Assembly (NCBI GenBank): GCA_951406725.2
Contig: OX597822.1
Location: 25,048,001 to 25,112,000 of the forward strand
Length of the DNA: 64,000 nt
Source: Octopus vulgaris
Lineage: Eukaryota
Direction: 5' to 3'
In this document: positions 53,907 through 64,000 of the stretch, piece after piece
How the letters are laid out: every line of letters begins with the position of its first letter
Numbering within the stretch: the first letter of the stretch is position 1
Notes under the pieces: model-generated
The model's input: only the letters and a program-made list of their open reading frames with translations
Databases searched by the model: none
What the model was told of the DNA's origin: nothing
Position numbers and translations under genes: made by a program

Positions 53907-54241
53907 CAGGCCTGGCAAACTTGAATTACATTGCAGGCCACTTCAATCACGGAAAGTTTCTTGATGGCCGCTTGTGTACTGACAGAATTGAAAGCATTTT
54001 GCTTTCTCATTCTATTATTACAATAATGAATGGATGATCGTTGAATCAACATGAAATGTTTTCTTTGCAAAAACAGTAGCATCTTTCTTTTTTACTTTTC
54101 ATTACATTCTTTATTTTTTTAATGAAATTTTATAAATATTTGTTTAAATAAACCCATTTCGAGAAAGTATCAAGCGGGCCGCAAGATGAAAGTATGCGGG
54201 CCGCATGTTACCCGCAGGAAGCCTCAGGTTGACCAGTCCTG
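53907..54241. mobile_element. hAT (Charlie-like) MITE with perfect 8-bp TSD
   Basis: TIR caggcctggcaaac / gttgaccagtcctg; TSD ctttagtt at 53899-53906 and 54242-54249; subterminal gcgggccgc repeats. Confidence 0.88.
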
Positions 54242-54341
54242 CTTTAGTTAATGAAATTACCTTTGTACATAACTCGACATAAAAACACACAGCAATATGC
54301 ATGCGCGCGCGTGCATGCACACAAACACACACACAACACAC

Positions 54342-54412
<71 letters not shown>

Positions 54413-55568
54413 CAGTTAGTTTGATACGTAGTCGTATAGACGTTTAGATGTTTAGATAGATAGCTTTCTCTATCTCACTGGAAACGTATCTCAGTTTCTT
54501 TATAGCGAACATAATAATGTCTTTGTTTCAACTCCTTCCATTGACTTTAAGTAAATAAATAAATACATTTGAACCAAAAGAAGAACGTAATTTCTTATTC
54601 CTCAAACTTAATCAGTCCCGCATCGTGTATATGCCATCCAAATGTCAAAATTTAGAGTTTGCAGCATAAAGACATCCCATATTTTACACAGCCATTGATG
54701 TAGTGCTATGGAACTGAGGCAGATTGTAATGCTATATACGTCTACCTAGTGTTTCGCCGTTTTTATTCCATAATAAGGTAAAGTTTTAACTGGTGTATTT
54801 TGTGTGTTTCTTGTTGAAACGTATACCAAGAATAGCGTATCTGGGAGGTTTCTCTTGCTGCACCTTGTATGATACTAGTTAAAATCATATTTTTATTCTA
54901 GAAAAGACAAATTTGTTTTCTACTTCTTATCTGTATCCGTTTGCTTGTACCAATGAACACTGTATCACTTTGGTATTTTAAGTTTCCTGTTTGTTTACTT
55001 TCTCTCACTTGTTTTGTCTTGTTGAAGCGCAAGGCCGTGAGTTCAATTCCTAAACCGAGTAGTGCGGCAGGATATTGTGTCCTTGAGCAAAGTACTTTCC
55101 AGTTACTCCATTCTACTGAACTCTTTTGGGTGCCAAGCTGTTGCTGGACCAGCTGTATCTTCACCATCCCCGACAGTTATATGTCATACGTTTGGCTGGA
55201 TCAAGGATGAGGGGTTTAAGGCAGTGACTATCTCAGCTCGTGCATACATAGTCACTTGAAATAATTAGAAAAACCTAATCGGTATGTACAATCGAGCGAT
55301 ACCCACTCGCAAGTGAAAGCTAACTGTGTCACACTTAAAGATTTAGCTTGTTTATTAACCAGCTTCTATAATTAGCATTTCTACAATAGGCACAGGGCCT
55401 GAAATTTGTCGGGAAGGGAATTAATTAGTCGATTACATGCCCCCCCCCCCAGTACTTAACTGGTGCATATTGTATTGGGCCCAAATAGCACGAAAGGCAA
55501 AGTCGATCTGGTGAAACTTGAATTCGGGACGCAAAACCAAAAGAACTTGTTTCTGTAATTAAGAGAAA

Positions 55569-55943
55569 CTAGCACTATGACCTGGCAATGCCGGGCCATA
55601 GTGCTAGTGCATGCATATACAGCTGCGTGCGTGCGCACATACACGTGAGTACTGTCCAAATCTCCGACCAATCACATACAGCTCGCTGGCATTCAATTGG
55701 CGTATCAAGTTTCGGGCATTTTGATTAGGTTTTGGTTAGAAAATTCACAAAAAGTCACTTCTATTGATTTTTTAATGGCTTTGCGGGATGACTGGGGAAA
55801 TGTAAAGATGTGCATGACCACCCGTGGACGGTTTTGAATGACCATAGAAAGTGCGAGCCCTCTAAATGAATAATTGTGGATGTGTATAAAGGACACGCAC
55901 ACACACAGACAGACAGACATTTTGCCGTTTATATATAGAGAGA
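55569..55943 (-). mobile_element. Complete non-autonomous Helitron
   Basis: Minus strand: A|TC 5' end followed by tatatataaa and a (gtct)/(gt) microsatellite; GC-rich hairpin then CTAG|T 3' end; no TSD. Confidence 0.75.
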
Positions 55944-56651
55944 TTAATGCACAATAACTCAACGATGTTTTGAACCTGCAACTATTTGATAATATTTTTT
56001 TCTGATGATTTTGTCCAAAACAAGGCTAGATGTCACTGCAGTGTAAGAGACTAAAAAGGAAAAAAGAACGAAAGAAAGAGAGAAAGAAAAAAAGAAATGG
56101 GTTTATAAATTCAAACAATGTCAATCGACAGGAAACTTAAAGCACTGAATATCACAGACCAGAGGAAAACAAGATGATGGTAATGGGTTCCAGAGTGCAA
56201 CAGATCCAGAAACCCCACCCCCAAAACTACTAGAATAAAAGGACTCATGATTAACAGGAAACTCTATAGAGAAACGATGCGCATGGGAAGAGAATTAGCT
56301 TATTAATATTCCTTTAGAAAAAAATTTCTTCCGTGCTGAACCTAGAAAAACGGGGACCGTTTTAGAATTTTTTCTCATATTATGAAATAATAGTGTATTA
56401 CCCGACATATGACACGGAAATTTGGAAATATATACTTTTATGAAAAAAGAGTAATTTGATAAAAGATAAAATATAATTATTGCAGTATGCTATATTTCCT
56501 GATATTACATATTATTCATGGTGGCAAAAATGTATTAATATAATTGAGGCAATTGTAATGATATATTCATTTGGAACCTTGTTCTATAAATTGTGAAGTT
56601 ACTAAATACCATAAAAGCATAAAAAAAAAAAAAAATTAGAACAGCATAATT

Positions 56652-57269
56652 TTTGGTTTCAAATTTTCGCACGAGATCAACAATTTTGGGGGAGGGGGTA
56701 CGTCGATTACCTCGACTCCATTACACAACTGGTGCTAATTTTATCGACCCAGAACTGGTGAAAGGCAAAGTCAACCTCGGCAGAATTTGAACTTAGAAAG
56801 TAAAGACAGACGAAATATCGCTAAGTATTTCGTTCGACGTGCTAACGTTTCTTATTTCTTTATTGCCCACAAGGGGCTAAACATAGAGGGGACAAGCAAG
56901 GACAGACAAAGAGATTAAGTCGATTACATCGACCACAGTGCATAACTGGTACTTAATTTATCGACCCCGAAAGGATGAAAGGCAAAGTCGACCTCGGCGG
57001 AATTTGAACTCAGAACGTAGCGACGGGCGAAATACCTATTCCTTTACTACCTATAAGGGGCTAAACACAGAGAGGACAAACAAGGACAGACAAACGGATT
57101 AAGTCGATTATATCGACCCCAGTGCGTAACTGGTACTTAATTTATCGACCCCGAAAGGATGAAAGGCAAAGTCGACCTCGGCGGAATTTGAACTCAGAAC
57201 GTAACGGCGGACGAAATATGGCTACGCATTTTGCCCGGCGTGCTAACGTTTCTGCCAGCTCGCCGCCTT
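56652..57269 (-). mobile_element. SINE family A trimer
   Basis: Head at 57269 (reverse complement aggcggcgagctggcagaaacgttagcacgcc) and three central-domain units; same architecture as 7750-8335. Confidence 0.9.
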
Positions 57270-57841
57270 CGTCATTTATAATATTACTAGGACAATTTCA
57301 TTCATCCAGAGTCGATACATTAAGGAACCGTTCAAGTACTGGAATCGATGGTATCGATAAATTCTCTTCCCCATCAAAATTGCTGGACTTCTACTTAAGT
57401 AAGAAAGCATCCTACTTATACGGATTTAACCCTTGAAGGATTAATGATCGAGAAGTATGGTCCCGTTCCATTTGCAATGACATGCTTTTGTGAACCTGCA
57501 TCCAGTTCCTTTTTAGTTTATCAAGACAAAACTTTGAAATCACAAGAATCTACAGGTAGATCTGTGGATCAAAGTGCTATGTTTTGATAAAGTCATGAAT
57601 GAGAAGCAAGAACAAAGAACTCGTTGAAATTTATGCTCGCAATGTCTTTTGTTTTCATTGCTTACTGTTTTTTTCCTTCTTTAATTGATCAATTTATATT
57701 TTGTATTTTGTGCACTGAGTGAAAAGTTATTGTATTATTTCAATTTCAGATTGTTCGCCCACCATATTGGAAACATTTCAATCAAAAAGAAAAATCAATA
57801 GATCAATGGTTCGAAAGTATAATTTTCATCTTCATGTAAAA

Positions 57842-58113
57842 CAGGGGTTCCCAACCTTATTTTACTTGTGGACCCCCATCCCCCGAGAGCTATCTTATTA
57901 TCTGTGCACATGTAAATTTTTGAAATAAAATATTTGTTTGTACTTTAGTAAAAATTAACTATGAAACAATTTCGTTATTTTCAACATAAATTCGAAAAAT
58001 ACATCTTGAAAATTTCAATAAATACAAGTACTTCTCCTAGTAAACAAAATTTATATATGGACCCACAAACTACAATTTTTTTTCCCTCTATGGACCCCGG
58101 TTGGCAACTCCTG
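57842..58113. mobile_element. hAT non-autonomous element with perfect 8-bp TSD
   Basis: TIR caggggttcccaacc / ggttggcaactcctg; TSD atgtaaaa at 57834-57841 and 58114-58121. Confidence 0.9.
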
Positions 58114-58532
58114 ATGTAAAACGACTTATATAAGGAGTGTACGAAAATTACTGAAATATATCTTTAGAATGCAGGACATAGGGAATTTTTGAAACATCTG
58201 TTCGAAAAGAAAAGATACTTTCGTAGATTAAGCACAAGCACACACACATACACATACACACACACACACACATACACATACACACACGCACACACACACA
58301 TACACACACACACACGCCCGCCCACACGCACGAAGACATGCATACACAAACACAGATACATAGAACTAAAAATATACACAGGTGTGTATCTGTATACATT
58401 CCTCCCTTCTATTCATATACACACGCGTACAACTAAATATAGACCCAAATATACATCTATATACCTTTTCCTCTCTCTTCACACACACACATACACACAC
58501 ACACAACACACACGCAAGCAAAAATAAATACG

Positions 58533-58582
<50 letters not shown>

Positions 58583-58651
58583 GGAGTAAATATATAAATG
58601 TGAAACAAGGTGGAAAAAAGAGTACTCAAATACCAGTGGTAGAGTAATATG

Positions 58652-58925
<274 letters not shown>

Positions 58926-59675
58926 ATATATATATGTTCAGTAAAATTTAGATTGAGTTGAATACGGTACTTAAGTTAAAGGCAACAGAATTTAGTATGG
59001 TATTTCCATATGATTCAAAATGGGGTGATTATAATCAAAATAAGCAACACACACACACACACATACACACATATATATATATATGTAGGTATATATACTC
59101 AAACACCTCTCGCTCTCGTATAACACATAAACACGAATACACACACATGCATACATACACACGCAAAATATCTTGAAAAATACATCAGAAAATCACAATG
59201 ACATACAAGTGTACCTTTAAGTTTTTACTTCAACTATAAATTAGTTCTCTTTGCGATTTTATTAGCGTCATTTTTGATTAAATACCAGATATATCTCGAT
59301 AATTAAGTACCTTAATTTTTAAACTTTATTTTCTTTGTTTACACTTGTATTTTTTTATTTTACGCTTTGCCATTGTTATTGTCTTGCATTTCTAAATCTT
59401 AATCTTATAGGTTTGAGTTTATTATTGTAGCTAGTAGAACACTGTGTCGAGTTGGCAGCACAAACGGACAACACCCATTTCTATAAATATCTCTTCTCTA
59501 CATCGTAAAAAGCGATGAGGTTGTTCTTGCACTTCAGGTATATATATTTCGGATCCGAGTGGATATACATGTAATTTAAGTGTATACGCGCACAACACAC
59601 ACTCAAACATACACACTCGTATGCACACACACGCACACACACACATACACACGCACACACACACACACACACACT

Positions 59676-59821
<146 letters not shown>

Positions 59822-60007
59822 TACGTACTTATGTACATAGTGATATGTATACCCATAAGAATATAAAAAAAGAGTGTAATCACACACTTTATCTATCTAT
59901 CTATCTATTTATCTATCTATCTACCTATCTATCTATCTACCTATCTATCGATTTATCTATCTTTCTATTTATCTGTCTATCTATCTACCTACCTACCTAC
60001 ATACCTA

Positions 60008-60097
<90 letters not shown>

Positions 60098-60661
60098 GTC
60101 TATCTATCTTTCTATTTATCTATTTTCCTCTCTGTTTTTAAATGCTCACAATGTTGGCAAAAGTAGGATATTAACAAACTTTATTATCTAAAAGCACAGA
60201 ACAATGTGTGCCGCTTATAAACAGAAAATAATACATAAGTATCTGTTTATTTAGTGTTGAAAATAACGTCATCCAAATATTTCTCATTGTTTCGCCGTCT
60301 ATACTTGCAGCCTATACTAGTAGCTCTGTTGCATGTTGCACCACGTCCTGAAGTTTTGTAGTCATTTCATGTAGTGTTCCCAGTTTATTGATGATGGGTT
60401 TTACTATTAAAATAACCCCCAAAAGAAATATACTCAAACTGAAGAATATAATCGCCAGGGAAATGTTGTGTCAGATAAATGCTTGTTTAGTAGAGTTTGT
60501 GGTTCATGGAGGCTCTTGTATGGATGACATCTCCGTCTTATTGAAAGCATGTGTCACGTGTTTCAGGACATGTCTGTTCCATTCGGAGAAGGAAGTTATG
60601 TAACCTGAATACCCAGCGATCACAATTTATTGTCATTGCAAGCTCTCAAACATAAGGTGCA

Positions 60662-61030
60662 GTAGTCCTTGTTGTGGTGTGGCATTTTGTGTGCCTGAAT
60701 GACCCGATGAGCTGTGTCAGTGGGGCGCAAGTGCCTGGTAGGGTCACTCATCTCCTAGGCAAACTCATTTCTCAAGGATAAAAAATGGGTTTGTGTAAGA
60801 TCAATGCTCCTACATAGAATAAATGCAAAGTTACAGAAGCAGCAATAACAATTTAAAACCTACAAGACATAGGAAAGGAGAGATGCAAAAAAAAAAAGAC
60901 AGTCCAGAATCGAGAACAGTGTTGAAAAGTCGCCGATAGTCTATGCCCGATAGAGAGTGAAATGCTTAAATAAGAACATACGTGCTCTCTTCAAAGTATT
61001 ATGGGTCCGTGATACAGAAACGTTTGCCGC
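60662..61030 (+). mobile_element. Decayed RTE-type LINE 5' end (5' UTR and start of AP endonuclease)
   Basis: ccttgttgtggtg..gtgcctgaatgacccgatgagctgtg..ggtagggtcactcat resembles RTE 5' UTRs; CLNKNIRALFKVLW resembles LNIDIxALSEVRW. Confidence 0.4.
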
Positions 61031-61432
61031 AGAGTACAGCACTGTTGCACATTCACAGTTCGTCATGTTATGTTGACTGAGTCCCACAGATATATATTGG
61101 AAATTAATTTCGTCCATTACTTGAACCTATATTGCGAACTTATTTCCTGCAAAACTTTACTTCGTTTATAACTATTTTCTTGATTTCATTCATGCTGGGA
61201 ATTGGTCGGCCATACCAACAACTCCAATATATATTTTCCTTTAGTACTTATTTTATCGATCTCTAAGTGTTAAACCACTAAGTAACAAGTCATAATGGGA
61301 CACATTCACAATATAAACACAAAAACGCGGACACACATAAACTTGTGTAGACATACGCACTTACACAGAAATATATCTATGCGTGTACGCATGAGGTATG
61401 TATGATGCATTTATCTATGCATGTACATGTAT

Positions 61433-61466
<34 letters not shown>

Positions 61467-62083
61467 CAGTATGTGCGTATGCATGTTTGTGTGTGAAGTC
61501 ACTTGTGAGGTCTCTCATGAGTGCTGCTACTATCATGGAATCCAGTAAAATCTGTTGTATGGTCGGGTCATCGTTCACTTAACTCCTACCAGGCTACCCT
61601 GATGAAGAGGATTACTATAAAACCCACCAGGACTAAAAATAAGACCTGTCAAAAGTTTGCTTGTGCTCAGTGTAGCTTCAACGACTATGTAGCATTAGCA
61701 TGGGCACACAGAAATTCCGGGTTGGTGCCCAGCGGGCTGGAAGACCAGTTGGAGTGAGGTACATCTAAGTTTTTGTTAAATCATGTCTCTTGGAGAATGT
61801 CACTCTAATATAAAACCGTATGTGCCGGGGATGGTATTGAGCACTTTGGGGATATTTTGCTTCAGCCTGAGATCATGGCCCACCCTCATTCCTGAACTTG
61901 CGATCTTTATTGGCACTTGATGTATTGTTCGAGCTTATCTCTGGATCATGCCAAACAGGGTGGGAGGGATCTTCATGTGTCGCGCAGGGCCGTATTGCAT
62001 ATAAAATTTACATAAGTATTGCAGATATATTGCGTGGGAAATGGTCAGTAATGGTCATCACCGGTCATGAGCGGACAGCTATC

Positions 62084-62114
<31 letters not shown>

Positions 62115-62349
62115 TGTATGTATGTATGTATGTATGTATGTATGTATGTTTGTATGTATGTATGCATGCATGTATGTATGTATGTATGTATGTATGTATG
62201 TATGTATGTATGTATGTATGTATGTATGCATGTATGTATGTATATATGTATGTATGTATTTATGTATGTATGTATGTATATATGTATGTATGTATGTATA
62301 TAAAAGCACACACAAACACACACATACACGTGTATACACACATACATAT

Positions 62350-63261
62350 TATTAATCAATGGATACATTGAAGTATCTACCCGCTAGAAATAAGAGTTAA
62401 AAACCATCGTTTGAACCACCAAAAATTACACTGAAAATAATTGTTACAACAATATGCGGGCGAGCGAACCGAAAAAGATCTCTCACATACCATTATAACA
62501 TATAGATATATATTTAATGGATCAGGTATATATGTGGACCGGTTCCTGGTTTGACACAAAGTTCTTACCTTTCTCAGCACATCTTAACCCTTAGAAACAT
62601 TTCCCCTAGTCCATCACGTTGAAATCTGCCGGTGTCCTTAAAATTTGGACAACATCAGCGTAAAAAGTACCAAGCAGCAGTAAAAATGATTTGGTCCTGC
62701 AACCACCTATATTAATATTGTTATCATGGACTATTTGTATTGGCTTCGATAATAATAAAAATATTAATATCTATATAAATATTAGATTCTGAATATTTTT
62801 GCTGCTGATTTGTACTTTTCACACCGAGGCTGTCCACATTTTGACGTTAAGCAATTAAGGACGCCAGCATATTTCAACATGGCGGACTGGGAAGGTGTTT
62901 CGTAGGGTTAAGATGTGCTGAGAAAGGGAAGAACTTTGTGTCTAACCAGAAACCGGTCCACATGTGTACCTGTACCATTAAATATATAGCTTTACGCTAT
63001 GATGATATGTGAGAGTTCTTATTCAGTTTGCTCGTCCGCATACTGTTGTATCTGTTATTTTCAGTGTAATTTTTGGTCGTCCAAATGATGGTTTTAACTC
63101 TTATCTCTAGTGGGTAGATACTTCAATGTGACCTTTGATTAATATAATTTTCATTCTGTAGCTATATAACGCTGATTTAGGCCTGCAGCCACCTATATTA
63201 ATATTGTTGTAATTATGGACTATTTTGTATTGACTTTGATAATAATAACAATATTAATATC

Positions 63262-63267
<6 letters not shown>
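62350..63267. repeat. Large inverted duplication (arms 62350-62687 and 62795-63144) plus a direct duplicate of the loop (63173-63267)
   Basis: e.g. acattgaagtatctaccc / gggtagatacttcaatgt; tttctcagcacatcttaaccct / agggttaagatgtgctgagaaa; roughly 80% identity by eye. Confidence 0.92.
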
Positions 63268-63308
<41 letters not shown>

Positions 63309-63336
63309 ATACACATATATTCATACAGAGAGGGAT

Positions 63337-63396
<60 letters not shown>

Positions 63397-63469
63397 TTAT
63401 AAATGTATGTGTACACATAGAAATATGTATACACACAGACATGCATATATATATATATATATTTATTCT

Positions 63470-63918
63470 TTTATTCTTTTACTTGTTTCAGTCATTTGAC
63501 TGCGGCTAAGCAGGGGCACCACCTTAAGGGATTTTAATCGAAGAAATTGAGCCCAGGACTTATTGTTTGTAAGCCTAGCACTTATTTCATGGATTTCTTT
63601 TGCGGAACCGCTAATTTACGGTAAGATAAACACACCAGCATCAGTTGTCAAGCGATGGCGGGGTGACAAGCATAGACACACACACACAAATACAGAAAAC
63701 AGACAGACAGGTACAAAAAGACAGATAGACACACACACATGCACGCGCGCGCTCGCACGCACACACAGAGATGCACATACACAGACACACATATGACGGG
63801 CCTCTTTCACTTTCCGTCAATCAGATCCATTCACTAGGCTTTGGTCGGCCCAAAGACAGTTGCCTAAGGTGCCATGCAGTGGGACTGAATCCAGAACCAT
63901 GTGGTTAGGAAGTAATCT

Positions 63919-63920
<2 letters not shown>
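63470..63920 (-). mobile_element. SINE family B, diverged near-full copy
   Basis: cttttacttgtttcagtcatttgactgcggc tail and gcagtgggactgaatccagaaccatgtggtt head. Confidence 0.8.
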
Positions 63921-63957
<37 letters not shown>

Positions 63958-64000
63958 TTGTATATATATGTTATATATATAGTCACACACGCGTATATAT

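Noticed and set aside
57122-57436. Recurrent peptide WYLIYRPRKDERQSRPRRNLNS (variants at 4696, 7732, 32977, 43812, 46376)
   Set aside because: Antisense translation of the SINE A central domain, not a gene family
59431-59540. Exon-like segment ending CAG|GTATAT
   Set aside because: Stops in all three + frames from the nearest acceptor; minus-strand peptide unrecognisable
61595-61635. CTGATGAAGAG as a hammerhead core (similar lone CTGATGA near 27746 and 56002)
   Set aside because: No properly placed GAAA, stem III or stem I
62584-62911. Stand-alone piggyBac MITE (TTAA-CCCT..AGGG-TTAA)
   Set aside because: Inverted symmetry continues far outside both TTAA sites, so the paired ends are probably a by-product of the larger inverted duplication

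Overview
AT-rich eukaryotic non-coding DNA, very dense in microsatellites ((TA)n, (CA)n, (TACA)n, (TATC)n, (TTC)n). The repeat landscape looks like octopus/coleoid cephalopod intronic or intergenic DNA (inference from pattern recognition, not a database match). I can support no host protein-coding gene: nearly all listed ORFs are translated microsatellites or SINE sequence. Recognisable content: three tRNA-derived SINE families in many copies; decayed LINEs (two R4/Dong-type RT+RLE elements, several RTE fragments, a Tx1/L1-like 3' end); two mariner remnants; three hAT MITEs with 8-bp TSDs; a complete non-autonomous Helitron; a piggyBac-like remnant; and a ~800-bp inverted duplication. The most interesting signal is about eleven minimal type-I hammerhead-ribozyme motifs or remnants from several unrelated short repeat families (Penelope-like context). 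Most lie beside (TA)n/(CA)n-type tracts. Four form fold-back palindromes whose axis lies at or next to the ribozyme, and one family carries the same non-canonical core (A6->U) in all three copies. All alignments and folds were done by eye.
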